Shown: piece after piece, positions 34,133 to 46,715 of the stretch
Layout of the letters: every line of letters begins with the position of its first letter
Position numbering within the stretch: the stretch's first letter is position 1
From: an uncultured Gemmatimonadales bacterium
GTDB lineage: Bacteria; Gemmatimonadota; Gemmatimonadetes; Gemmatimonadales; GWC2-71-9
Length of the DNA stretch: 64,000 bases
Direction: 5' to 3'
NCBI GenBank assembly: GCA_963821525.1
Contig: CAWGED010000005.1
Location: 1,184,001-1,248,000, forward strand
Notes under the pieces: generated by a model
Told to the model about the DNA's origin: nothing
Database searches by the model: none
What the model saw: the letters and a program-made list of their open reading frames with translations, nothing else
Program-made: the position numbers and the translations under genes

Positions 34133-36143
34133 ATGCGATACCTGTTGCTTGCCTTCACGTTGGCCGCGCCGCTCGCCGCGCAGCAACCCACAACACCCCC
34201 TACGCCACAAGCACCCAAGGCTCCGAAACCCAGCACCCAGACAAGCCTGCGTCCCGCGGTCGCCGATACCGGCATCTTCGCGCCGATCGATCTTCCACCG
34301 GGGAACGAGATTCGGCGGGTGAATGGCGCCCCAGGTCCCAAATACTGGCAGCAGCGAGTCGACTACTCGATCAAGGCCATCCTGGATACCGCCGCGAATC
34401 GGCTGACCGGCACGATGGCGATCCGGTACACCAACAATTCTTCCGACACGCTGACTCGAGTGTGGATGCAGCTGGACCAGAACCTCTTCAAGCCGGGAAG
34501 CGTCGGATCCCTGCTCAATTCCGAGGAGAGCCGGTTCGGTGGAGGCGGGTTTCAGGGCGGGTTCGAAATCCCGTGGATCGTGCAGTCTCAGACCGGGATG
34601 CGAGCGGCCAAGCCTCTCAAGCCTCCAACGGCAGTCGGCCTGCAGCAGAAGCTTCGGACCCGGGTGGACGACACCATGATGGAGGTCTACCTCACGACGC
34701 CGCTGGCGCCGGGGGCGACGACCCAGTTCGACCTCTCTTACGCGTTCAACATTCCAGAGCATGGCGCCGACCGCATGGGGCGGGATGGAACTCTCTACGA
34801 GCTCGCGCAATGGTATCCCCGCATGGCCGTCTACGACGATGTCCATGGCTGGAATACCCTCCAGTACCTGGGCCAGGGGGAGTTCTATCTGGAGTATGGT
34901 GACATCGACTACGAAGTCACAGTCCCGGCTGGGTACATCGTCGCGGGAACCGGCACGCTTCAGAATCCCCGTCGAGGTCCTGACCGCGTCGCAGCGGACC
35001 CGCCTGGCTGCGGCGGCGCGTTCGGACAGCATCACGCACATCGTCACCGCTGACGAGCTCACCAGCGGTGCGGCCCGGCCTCGCAGCTCCGGCACTCTGA
35101 CATGGAAGTTCAAGGCCACCAAGGTGCGGGATGCGGCCTGGGCGGCAAGCCCGGAATACCTCTGGGACGTCTCCTCGTGGAAGGGAATCGTCGCCAACGC
35201 CTACTACCGGCCCAGCGCGATCGAGACCTGGAAGGACGCGGCGGACATGAGCCGCTACTCCATCATGGAATACAGCACCCGTTGGTTCTCCTATCCCTAT
35301 CCCCAGATCTCCGCCGTCGAGGGACCAGTATCGGGGATGGAGTACCCAATGGTCGCGATGGAAGTCCAGAGGGAGACGGCAAAGAGGACCTCTACAGCGT
35401 CGTCACCCATGAGATCGGTCACATGTGGTATCCCATGACCGTCGGGATCGGACGAGCGCCGCTATGCCTGGATGGACGAAGGGTTCAACACCTTCATCAA
35501 CACCTTCAGCGAAGAGGGGTACTTCAAGCGGGATGACATGACGCGCCGCCGGGGAGAGGCCTCGTACGTCCTGCAGATCGATCAGATGCCGACGGCACAA
35601 CCGATCATGACCTATGCCAATCGCTACCGCACCGGCTCCAATCTGGGGTCGCTGGCGTACGTCAAGCCGTCGATCGGACTCCTGACCCTGAGAAACAAGA
35701 TCCTGGGACCTGAAGTCTTCGATTCGGCGTTCCGGGAGTACACCAGGCGCTGGGCCTTCAGGCATCCCCAGCCGGCGGATTTCTTCCGCACGATCGAGGA
35801 TGTGAGCGGCCGGGATCTCGACTGGTTCTGGCGCGGCTGGTTTCTCAGCACCGCGGCGCTGGATCAGTCGGTCGATACGGTCACCCAATCTGCGGGGCAA
35901 TGCCAGGATCGTGATCCGCAATCTCGGGACAGCAGGTGATGCCGGTCGAACTGCAGGTAACGTTCGGGGATGGTACCACCAAGCTGCTCGAGTATCCCGG
36001 TCGAGATCTGGTATGCGGGAGACAAGTACGTTGCCAAGATCATGACGGACCAGACCATCACCGCGGCAACGGTCAATCCCGACGGGCAGTTCCCCGATAT
36101 CAATCCGGCGAACGACGGATGGAAGGCTGCGCCGACGCCGTAG
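34133..36143 (+). CDS. Secreted M1-family (gluzincin) aminopeptidase (about 5 frameshifts)
   Basis: Signal peptide [52 protein letters not shown] across successive frames; TAG at 36141-36143. Confidence 0.9.
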
Positions 36144-36309
36144 GCGGCGATTTGATCCGGCAGGCGTCTATTGGATGACGCTGCGCCGAGAGCCGACACT
36201 GAAATTAGAAGGGGGGGCCCCCTGATGGGGGCGTTCAGCGGTTGGATCCGATCAGTATCCGCGGTTTTCTGATGACGGTCCGACAGGAGTCCGGGCAGAT
36301 ATTCAATAA

Positions 36310-36339
36310 CAGGGGGGCCCCCTACTGGAGGCCCCCCTG
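36310..36339 (-). terminator. Intrinsic terminator-like hairpin between convergent genes
   Basis: Stem CAGGGGGGCC/GGCCCCCCTG, followed on the minus strand by TTATTG. Confidence 0.55.
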
Positions 36340-36395
36340 AGTGCGCCAAACCTCGAGTCACCTCCTCTCGAGGCACCTCCCTTCTCTGCCTCGCC

Positions 36396-38106
36396 CTACT
36401 GCGGAACCGACACCTGCCAGAACCCACTCAGCATGTCGCTGGCATAGACCGACCCGTTATAGAGCTGCACCCCCCAAGTGAGGGTATTCCCCGACCCACC
36501 AGGCTGAATCCGGCCAGCTCTCGGCTGGCCATGCTCCCGCTGATGATCCCGGAGATGTCCAGCGCTACTACGCCCGCATTGTAGAACGCCGCGTACAGAA
36601 TCTGATTGGGTTCATCCACCCAGAAGTTGTGGGTCCCAGCATTCGCGATATGGAAGAACCCGACCTCCACCGGAGCCGTGAGGTCGGAGACATCCACCAC
36701 GTGAATGTCGCCTGAGGCGTTGGACCCGTTGAACGGTCCCTCCTCCCCGATAAACAGGTATCGCTTCTCTCCGTTGGGATTCCAGAACCACCACCCGTTG
36801 TGGGTTTCTCCGCCGAAACCGAGCGTGTGGCTGAGCTGAACCGGGTGGCTTGGGGAGCCTCCGTGGGAGCCATTCCCGACATCGAAAATGTACAGGCCTT
36901 CGTCCCAGGCGAACACGAAGGCGTAGCCGTCGCGCACGAAGGTATCGTGAATGCAGTAGTGATCAGGTATCGGCGTGCTGCTGGCCGTCGTGATGGTCCC
37001 CGCTCCCGCTTGGGAGAGATCAAAAATCATCAGCGCGCAGTTGGCAGGATCCTTGGCTGTAAACGCGTAGAGTTTTCCGCCGATGTCCGCCAGTGTACCG
37101 GTGTGCAGATCCTGCAGACACGGTAGTCTTGGCCCGGAACACCGGCGTTCCGGGACTGGTGAGCTCATAGACGTAGATCCCCGAGCCGGGGCCACCCTCG
37201 GCAGTGAAGACCAGCCACGCCCCATCCTCCGACACTTGGATGTCACTCACCGTCCCGATGTTCGGCGTGATGATCGAGTCGTACAAAACCGGAGCGCCAC
37301 TGCCGTCCAGTTGCCAGATGAAGACGGCGTTACCGTTGCCGCCCCAGGTACCGGTGTAGCCGAACCCATCCTTGACCCAGAGATCCGAGGTAGTGCGGCT
37401 CGGGAACATTGTTCCCGCCACCCAAGATCGAGAAGCTGAGCGGGACGATTGCCTTCGAGTCGAAGGTGACGGTACCGAGCCCGGTTACCGTCGCGGTGAC
37501 CGTCGTGGTGCCCGCGGTCGCGCCCATTGCGTGGACCACCGAAGCCGTGCCGTCCAATCCTGTCGTGTTGTTGGCCGCGGAGATGCTGCCGCCACCCGAG
37601 GTGAGCGCCCAACTCACGCTTTGACCGGACACGGGGTTGTTGTACTGGTCGGTAACCTTGACCTGGAGGTTCTGCGGCAGAGGCTGGCTGACTTTCCCCA
37701 CCTGACCATCCCCGCCCGACTTCACGAACAGCGTCGGAGGTCCCGCCTCGCCTGTCGCCGTGAAGACCACCGCGCCATATCCCGACGCCGAGGCGCGAAC
37801 CGTCTGAGAGCCGAGCTGGGTGCCGAGGGTCGCGACCGCTTCTGCGATTCCCTGCGCATCGGTCACCGAACTGGCCGGCGTCACACTGCCGCCACCCGAG
37901 GCCACCTGCCAGGAGACGGTGAGTCCGTCTACCGGACCGCTCCCGTTGCTGACCTTCACCGAGTAGGGCTGCAGCGCGGTCCCGACCGGCGCGGTCTGGT
38001 TTGCCCCGGCCTCCACGGTGATGGCCCCACCGGAGCTGCTGGTGGAGTCGGAGCCGCACGCGACAGCAACAAGAAGACAGAGAGCCCCACCTGAACGTCG
38101 AATCAT
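36396..38106 (-). CDS. Lipoprotein with two Ig-like (Big_1-type) domains and an LVIVD-repeat beta-propeller (frameshifts near 37395, 37120, 36490)
   Basis: Lipobox VAVAC; repeated V.W....GGG..S...TD..G.A; propeller motifs IHDTFV, LYIFDV, IHVVDVSD, THNFWVD; manual end VYASDMLSGFWQVSVPQ*. Confidence 0.8.
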
Positions 38107-38128
38107 CCAGTGCCTCCGTAGGGTTCCA

Positions 38129-39389
38129 CTACATGTCATGCTGGTGCTCGTGCATCATGCTCGGCGCCTCGTCAAGCAGACGCGCCATAGCGCCCCATTC
38201 GGTGGCCGCGCAATTGCCAAGACGCACGCACCCCGAGACTCAGCGATCGAACCGATTCCTTGCCGTAGAAGGCCTCAATGTCGAACAGTCCGCCATTCAC
38301 GTTCTTCACGTTGCCGAACGTGCCCTCGGCGAAAGGCTGCAGGTCGAGCCGCCCCTGGGCGAGGGAAAAGCCGTAGCCGTACCCGATGGTCAGAAGGGTC
38401 CAGCGCGTGGTTCCCAGAATCGAATTTTCCAGGTGAGGCCTTACCGAGCGGAACGGATCGATGGTCCGCATGTCCTCGGGGCGTTCGGTGCGTTCCAGCC
38501 TGAAGTAAGGACGATGGCGACCCACCGTCCATGCACCTTCGGTAAGGAGACTCCTGAAAACAAAGAAGCCGTCGGCTTCCTCGGTCCGGGCCCACTCCGC
38601 CAGTCCGTACACCTTGGAGTTTCCTACCGGACCCTCGTAGCGGGCAGAGACATCCCACTTCCAGGCATCGGTCCCGGCGCCAGGCCGGTGCTCGGGAGAA
38701 TGGACCTTGGCCCGGGATCCCTGCACCTCGAGATGCCGGACTGGAATGACCGTTAGCCTGAGGGCCCAGGAGTCACCGAAGCGCCATTCGTCGCCGGTCT
38801 TGATGAGTGGCCACTGGTCGGGACGTTCCGGCTCGTCGCCGTCAAACAGCGATCCTTCCGCAATCACGGGCCCAGCCCGGAAGCCGGCGATCGCCACGGC
38901 GCGCTCCAGAATCTGGGCGAGATGGTGATTGACCGGGTACCTCACGGGCGGACGACTCATCGGATCGTCGGTGCCGAATGGGACGAACCCCTTCCCTGCG
39001 CTCAGCGACAGTCGAGCGGAACCATCCAGAGTCCCCAGCAGATCGACTCCGGAGATCATCAACTCATGCGCGTAGGTGTGCGGGTGCCGGCGATCGTTGA
39101 AGCCTTCACCCCAGACTCCGGGTGCCAGCTCCCCGTCGGGAATGGTCTTCCCTTCCAGGTTGAGCGTTCCCGAGAAGCGGAGATGATCGTTGAGCGCACT
39201 GGCGTGCAGCATCACCACTGGCTGCACCACTCGCAACTCATCGAGTGTGCTGCCACCCGGAATCGGATCTACGGATGTGTAGAGCGGAATGAGTTGGGCT
39301 GCCAGGCGGGCCGTGATGGGGGATTGGGCCTCGACCTGCTGAGTGAGAACCAGTGCCAGCAGTACACTCGTGGCGACCGGTCGGATCAA
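38129..39389 (-). CDS. Secreted, probably outer-membrane beta-barrel protein with His-rich motifs (probable frameshift near 38180)
   Basis: Signal peptide; [20 protein letters not shown]; alternating aromatic strands. An alternative frame ends [16 protein letters not shown]. Confidence 0.7.
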
Positions 39390-40159
39390 ATGGCCGCCTC
39401 AGCCGCGACCTCGTCCCGGGCAGTGGCGTTGGCCACCATGTAGTCGTAGTACAGCCGGGTAATCCAATCGATACGGATTTCCTTGGGACAGGCCTCCTGA
39501 CATTCGCCGTGCCAGGTACACCCGCCGAATCCCTCGGCGTCCATCTGCTCGACCATGGAGAGCGCCCGCCGGGACCGCTCGGGCTGGCCCTGGGGCAGCA
39601 TGCCGAGGTGACCCGCCTTCGCGGCGGTGAACAGCATGGCCGAAGCATTGGGGCACGCTGCGACGCAGGCACCGCAGCCGATGCACTGGGCGGCGTCCAT
39701 CGCGGCATCCGCATCGCCCTTGGCGATGGGTAACGCATTGGCGTCGGGAGCGCTCCCGGTAGAAACCCCGATGAACCCACCGGCGGCTATGATGCGGTCG
39801 AACGCACTCCGGTCCACGACCAGGTCCTTCAGCACGGGGAAGGCCCGGGCGCGCCAGGGTTCGATGTAGATCGTGTCCCCGTCCCTGAAGCTCCGCATGT
39901 GCAGCTGGCAGGTGGCCGTCCCACGCGACGGGCCGTGTGCCACTCCATTGATCATCATGCCGCAGGAACCGCAAATCCCCTCGCGGCAGTCATGATCGAA
40001 AGCGATCGGCAGCTCACCCCGCTCGATCAGGCCCTCGTTCACCATATCGAGCATTTCCAGGAACGACATGTCGGGACTGATGGCCGTGGCCTGGTAGGTC
40101 ACCAGCTTCCCGGCCGCAGCCGGGGAGGGTTGGCGCCAGACGTGGAGCGTGAGGTTCAT
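39386..40159 (-). CDS. sdhB: Succinate dehydrogenase/fumarate reductase iron-sulfur subunit
   Basis: [32 protein letters not shown]. Confidence 0.95.
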   Translation of the reverse strand: MNLTLHVWRQPSPAAAGKLVTYQATAISPDMSFLEMLDMVNEGLIERGELPIAFDHDCREGICGSCGMMINGVAHGPSRGTATCQLHMRSFRDGDTIYIEPWRARAFPVLKDLVVDRSAFDRIIAAGGFIGVSTGSAPDANALPIAKGDADAAMDAAQCIGCGACVAACPNASAMLFTAAKAGHLGMLPQGQPERSRRALSMVEQMDAEGFGGCTWHGECQEACPKEIRIDWITRLYYDYMVANATARDEVAAEAAI

Positions 40160-40162
40160 GAT

Positions 40163-42076
<1,914 letters not shown>

Positions 42077-42103
42077 GCGACTCCTTCAGGTCGGTGGTCC
42101 TGT

Positions 42104-42176
42104 GTCATGGGTCATGAGTCTTGGGTCGTGGACCTGAATAGCTCTCGGACTCCCCGACCCACGACTCACGACTCAA
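42104..42176. repeat. Inverted pair of heptamer arrays (GTCRTGR / GACYCAC) between sdhC and sdhA
   Basis: gtcatgg gtcatga gtcttgg gtcgtgg - 16 bp - gactcccc gacccac gactcac gactcaa. Confidence 0.85.
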
Positions 42177-42184
42177 CTCCACCC

Positions 42185-42844
42185 TCACTTCAGCCACCCA
42201 AACCACACCGCGACCGGAATCACCGACATGCCCAGCCACACGATCAGCGCGATTACCAACGCGATGGGACGATGCCGGGGATTGGGCGATGGGCGGGCCA
42301 CCCCAAGCGACCGGAGGCTGGCCCAGGTGCCGTGATAGACGTGGAGGCCAACCGCGATCAGCGCAATCAGGTAGAAAACGACTATCAGCGGGTCGCGGAA
42401 TCCCACCACGAGGTTGTGGTAGACGTTGCCCTCGACGAAATCGGGATGGGCGGTGCCCCAGGTGAAGTGACTGAGGTGATAGACCAGGAAGACCAGGATC
42501 AACACCCCGCCCCATCGGAGCGTCTGCGACGCGAGGGTCGAGGCCTGCGGGACCTGCTTGGCGTACTGTACCGGTCTGGCCTTGCGGCTCATCACAGTGA
42601 GCTGAGTCGCGGCGACGACGTGCAGTATGAGAGCGGCCAGCAGGATGACCCGGCTGAGCAGCAGGAGCTCGTGCGCCGGACCGTGCAGCAGAGCGGCATA
42701 CCCGTTGAGCTTCTCCGCTCCCGCGAAAGCCTGGAGGTTCCCCGCCATGTGGAGCACCAGCCAGACGATCATGATGAGACCGGTAATTCCCATCACGACC
42801 TTCTTGCCCAGCGTGGAGCGCCAGAAGGCGAGGATGCGGCTCAC
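42185..42844 (-). CDS. sdhC: Succinate dehydrogenase cytochrome b subunit
   Basis: [27 protein letters not shown]; five TM helices; GTG start at 42844. Confidence 0.93.
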   Translation of the reverse strand: MSRILAFWRSTLGKKVVMGITGLIMIVWLVLHMAGNLQAFAGAEKLNGYAALLHGPAHELLLLSRVILLAALILHVVAATQLTVMSRKARPVQYAKQVPQASTLASQTLRWGGVLILVFLVYHLSHFTWGTAHPDFVEGNVYHNLVVGFRDPLIVVFYLIALIAVGLHVYHGTWASLRSLGVARPSPNPRHRPIALVIALIVWLGMSVIPVAVWFGWLK

Positions 42845-43767
42845 CCCAGCGCCTTCATCGTATCCATGACCGCCGCGGCGGACTTGTGCAGATCCGTCTT
42901 CTCCTGATCCGACAGCGTCACCGTGACGATCTGCTCCAGTCCCTTCCGGCCCAGCTTGCAGGGCACGCCGCAGAAAACGTCGCGTAGACCGTACTCGCCC
43001 TGGAGCCATGCGGCGCAGGGGAGAATCCGCTTCTTGTCGAGGGCGATGGATTCGGCCATCTGGACCGCCGCGGCGCTCGGCGCGTAGTAGGCCGATCCGG
43101 TCTTGAGCAGCGCCACGATTTCAGCACCGCCATTCCGGGTCCGGGTGACAATCGCGTCCAGCTTGGCCTGGTCAATCAGCTGAGTGACGGGAATGCCGGA
43201 AACCGTCGTGTAGGAGATGAGCGGCACCATGGTGTCGCCGTGTCCGCCCAGCACCATCGCCTGAATGTCTTCAACCGATACGTCGAGCGCCTCGGCCAGG
43301 AACGAGCGGTAGCGGGCGGTGTCGAGCACCCCCGCCATGCCGAGGACGCGTTCCCGCGGGAAGCCCGTCCCCTTCATTGCCACATAGCACATCACGTCCA
43401 GCGGGTTGGAGACCACGATCACAATCGACTGCGGCGCGACGCGCTTGATCTCCCGGCTCACCGCCTCGACGATCCCCGCGTTGGTCTTCACCAGGTCGTC
43501 CCGGCTCATGCCGGGCTTCCGGGCGATGCCGGCGGTCACGATGAAGAGTTCGGATCCGGCCGCTTCGTCATAACCATTGCTGCCGATGACGCGCGTGTCG
43601 AAACCTTCGATCGGTGCCGACTCCCACTGGTCGAGAGACTTGCCCTGAGGGACGCCTTCAATCACGTCCACCATGACGACGGAGCGGGCCAGCTGCTTTT
43701 CGGCGACGCGCTGGGCCGCGGTTGCACCCACGTTGCCAGCGCCGACGACGGTGATCTTGTTGAGCAT
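42841..43767 (-). CDS. mdh: Malate dehydrogenase (LDH-like)
   Basis: [28 protein letters not shown]. Confidence 0.96.
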   Translation of the reverse strand: MLNKITVVGAGNVGATAAQRVAEKQLARSVVMVDVIEGVPQGKSLDQWESAPIEGFDTRVIGSNGYDEAAGSELFIVTAGIARKPGMSRDDLVKTNAGIVEAVSREIKRVAPQSIVIVVSNPLDVMCYVAMKGTGFPRERVLGMAGVLDTARYRSFLAEALDVSVEDIQAMVLGGHGDTMVPLISYTTVSGIPVTQLIDQAKLDAIVTRTRNGGAEIVALLKTGSAYYAPSAAAVQMAESIALDKKRILPCAAWLQGEYGLRDVFCGVPCKLGRKGLEQIVTVTLSDQEKTDLHKSAAAVMDTMKALG

Positions 43768-43835
43768 TGGGATTGTAGAGTCGAGGTGAAGCTTGAAATT
43801 AGCGTGCAGAGGAAGAGGCTGGTAGGCCGCGGCGG

Positions 43836-44357
43836 TCACCCCGATTTCTTGCGGCGAGGTCTGCGACTCCGGCCGCGGCGCGGCGCGGTTTTCTCAGGCT
43901 CGCCGGGAATTCCCAACTTCCGAAGGCCTTCGTAGAGCACCACGCTCACCGCGTTGCCAAGGTTGAGGCTTCGCACGTCGCCCGGCATCGGAATCCGGAA
44001 GCACCGCTCCGGATGCTTCTCCAGGATCTTGGTCGGCAGGCCGTCGGTCTCATTACCGAAGACCAGGACGCTGTTGGTATTGAAGGGAGCCTCTCGGTAA
44101 TCACGCTGGGCATTGGCGGAGAAGTAGAGGCAACGATCCCGGCTGATCGCATCGCGAAAGCGGAACCAGTTGGGATGCACCCAGAGATCGACCTTTTCCC
44201 AGTGGTCGATGCCGGCCCGCTTCACCGCGGTGTCGTCCAGGCTGAAGCCCAGCGGCTCGATCAGGTGCAGGGGCACATCAGCACCCACGCACAGCCGGGC
44301 AATGTTCCCGGTGTTGGGCGGGATCTGCGGGCAGATCAGGGCGACGTGAAGCGTCAT
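43836..44357 (-). CDS. trmL: tRNA (cytidine(34)-2'-O)-methyltransferase
   Basis: [27 protein letters not shown]. Confidence 0.93.
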   Translation of the reverse strand: MTLHVALICPQIPPNTGNIARLCVGADVPLHLIEPLGFSLDDTAVKRAGIDHWEKVDLWVHPNWFRFRDAISRDRCLYFSANAQRDYREAPFNTNSVLVFGNETDGLPTKILEKHPERCFRIPMPGDVRSLNLGNAVSVVLYEGLRKLGIPGEPEKTAPRRGRSRRPRRKKSG

Positions 44358-44377
44358 GCGCAGGGACCCGGTCGCGG

Positions 44378-45448
44378 CTAGCCGCCCCGGGTGTGCATCT
44401 CCCGCAACGGGTCGGACCGCAGGCTCGTCAATGAATACAGTGCTCCGCGATGCGGCTCGGCCCCCCGGGCCTCGGCACCACGGTCGTCGCGTTCCTTCCA
44501 GGCCTGCACGATCTGCTCCCGGATCTCCTCGTCCGTGGCACCGCTCCTCAGCGGCTCCCTCAGGTCGACTCCCTCGTCGGCGTAGAGGCAGAGGAGGAAG
44601 TGTCCGTCGGCAGTCAGCCGGGAGCGATCACAGGTGCGGCAGAATGGCTGAGTCGTCGAAGCGATGATCCCGAAAGTCGTGCCGTCGCCGAGACGGAACC
44701 GTTCCGCTGGCGCGGCTGGATCGCTCCCGCTCACCAACGGTTCAATCCGCCCGTAGCGTCTGCTGAGACGATCCAGGATCTCGCGGCGGGAAACGACCTT
44801 CTCCAGACTCCATCCGGTGGCCCCACCCACATCCATGTATTCGATGAATCGCACTTCCCCGCCGAACGACTTCCCGAAATCGACCAGGTCTTCCAGCTCG
44901 TCGTCGTTGTACCCGCGCACAATCACGCTGTTGAATTTGACCGGCGTGAAGCCGGCATCGCGGGCAGCGGTGATTCCGGCGAGGACATCGCCGTGCTTGG
45001 CGCTCCGGGCGAAGGACTGCATCCGTTCCGGGCGCAGGGTGTCCAGGCTGACCGTCAACCTTTTCAATCCGGCTGCTCGCAACGGGGTCGCCTGAGTCGC
45101 GAGCAGAATTCCGTTCGTCGTCAGGGCGAGATCGGTCAGCTCAGGACGCGAGGCCAACCGATGCACCAGGTCGGGAAGACCGTGACGGAGAAGCGGCTCG
45201 CCACCGGTGAGCCGGATCTTGCGGACTCCGACGCTGGCGAAGATTCCGGCGAGCCGGTCGAGCTCTTCGAAAGAGAGGATCGAGCTGCGTGGGAGCCACG
45301 CGTACTCGGCTTCGGGCATGCAGTACCCGCACCGCATGTTGCAGCGATCGGTGACCGAGATCCGCAGGCTGGTGAGCGGCCGGCTGAACTGGTCAACCAC
45401 AACCGTTCGCTGGTTCAATGCCCTGGTCGGCCCGAGAGCGCTAGCCAT
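44378..45448 (-). CDS. moaA: GTP 3',8-cyclase
   Basis: LRISVTDRCNMRCGYC, FCRTCDRSR, C-terminal GG. Confidence 0.96.
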   Translation of the reverse strand: MASALGPTRALNQRTVVVDQFSRPLTSLRISVTDRCNMRCGYCMPEAEYAWLPRSSILSFEELDRLAGIFASVGVRKIRLTGGEPLLRHGLPDLVHRLASRPELTDLALTTNGILLATQATPLRAAGLKRLTVSLDTLRPERMQSFARSAKHGDVLAGITAARDAGFTPVKFNSVIVRGYNDDELEDLVDFGKSFGGEVRFIEYMDVGGATGWSLEKVVSRREILDRLSRRYGRIEPLVSGSDPAAPAERFRLGDGTTFGIIASTTQPFCRTCDRSRLTADGHFLLCLYADEGVDLREPLRSGATDEEIREQIVQAWKERDDRGAEARGAEPHRGALYSLTSLRSDPLREMHTRGG

Positions 45449-45917
45449 GCCGTCCACCTGCGGCGCCGATGGCGACCTCTTCCGGCGCATTTGCAGCGTG
45501 TGCGGCCGCCGGGTTCACCCAGTCCGAGCTGCCATCGGCGTACCACTCACGCTTCCAGATCGGCACCCGGCGTTTCAACTCTTCAATCACGTAGCGGCAC
45601 GCCTCGAACGCCTCGCCGCGGTGCGGTGCTGCCACGGCGATCGCGACCGCTGCCTCTCCCACTTCGAGCGTTCCGATCCGGTGGGAGAGCGCAACTCGTA
45701 CCGGCCACTTGGTCTCCGCCTCAGCTACGATCACGGCGCATTCCGCTTCGGCCATCGGGGCATAGGCCGAGTATTCCAGGCGCTTCACTTCCCTGCCGGC
45801 GTGATGGTCACGGACCAGTCCCACAAAAGATGCGATCCCGCCACGATCCGAGGCGCCGACACTCGCAAGCAATGATGCAAGGTCGAGGGGGTGTTCGGTC
45901 AGATAAGGTGAACTCAT
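45441..45917 (-). CDS. moaE: Molybdopterin synthase catalytic subunit
   Basis: LEYSAY, HRIG, VPIWKRE. Confidence 0.95.
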   Translation of the reverse strand: MSSPYLTEHPLDLASLLASVGASDRGGIASFVGLVRDHHAGREVKRLEYSAYAPMAEAECAVIVAEAETKWPVRVALSHRIGTLEVGEAAVAIAVAAPHRGEAFEACRYVIEELKRRVPIWKREWYADGSSDWVNPAAAHAANAPEEVAIGAAGGRHG

Positions 45918-45918
45918 C

Positions 45919-46185
45919 TCAACCTCCAGCCAGAGGCGGGAGGAGAGCCACCTCGTCTCCCTCACGAAGCGGCGAATCGACTGTCGCATGGACCGCGTTG
46001 ATGGCGCTGAGAGGACGGGTGGGAAGGCGGTCGGCTTGGGGGAATTCGTCGCGCAGCTGGCGAACCAGATCGGAGACTGTCGCCGGAGCCGGCAACGAGA
46101 CCTCTACGGTATCCCGCCCAATCCAGTCGGCGTAGCTGGCGAACAGGAGCACCTTGACCGTTACAGTCTCAACCGAAGCAGTCAT
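45919..46185 (-). CDS. moaD: Molybdopterin synthase sulfur carrier subunit
   Basis: VLLFA...GDEVALLPPLAGG. Confidence 0.95.
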   Translation of the reverse strand: MTASVETVTVKVLLFASYADWIGRDTVEVSLPAPATVSDLVRQLRDEFPQADRLPTRPLSAINAVHATVDSPLREGDEVALLPPLAGG

Positions 46186-46294
46186 TCTGAGCAGTATAAT
46201 CGCTTATCGGATGCGGGGCCCACCCGGTCCCCTGAAACGAAGAGAGCCGGGCTGGCCCGGCTCCCATTACTCCACGAAGGCTCTGATCCTCAGA

Positions 46295-46627
46295 TCACTC
46301 GGAATGGGGCTGAGAATCAGCCGATTCCGGAGTCTCGTCCGCCACTAAAGCCCGCAACTCCTTGCTGGGCTTGAACACAGGCACCGGACGCGCGGCCACT
46401 TCAACCGGATCGCCGGTGCGTGGATTCCTCGCCATGCGAGTCTTCCGGCGGCGGATCTTGAAGGTGCCGAAGCCGCGTACCTCTATGTTGTGTTGATTCT
46501 TAAGTGCTTCCTTGACCGCGTCCAAGAACGCGTCGACCACTCGCGCGCAATCTTTCTTGGAAATCATGGGGCCCGCCGTGCGCGCGATGGAGGCGGTGAC
46601 CTGTTCTACGAGATCGGCCTTCGTCAT
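46295..46627 (-). CDS. HU/IHF family DNA-binding protein
   Basis: MTKADLV...EVRGFGTF...ARNPRTG...FKPSKEL. Confidence 0.96.
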   Translation of the reverse strand: MTKADLVEQVTASIARTAGPMISKKDCARVVDAFLDAVKEALKNQHNIEVRGFGTFKIRRRKTRMARNPRTGDPVEVAARPVPVFKPSKELRALVADETPESADSQPHSE

Positions 46628-46686
46628 GCGTTCCCCCCTGGAGGGTCTCATGCCCGGCTCGGTCCCTAGCAGCAAGGCTGCATGAG

Positions 46687-46715
46687 ACACTACGAGCTTA
46701 CACGTTGACTGTCAA
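46687..46715 (-). promoter_or_regulatory. Sigma70 promoter of the HU/IHF gene
   Basis: Minus strand TTGACA-17 bp-TAGTGT; the -35 element overlaps the carA stop. Confidence 0.75.

Noticed and set aside
36268..36300. CTGATGA suggesting a hammerhead ribozyme or C/D box
   Set aside because: No correctly placed GAAA core or flanking stems were found.
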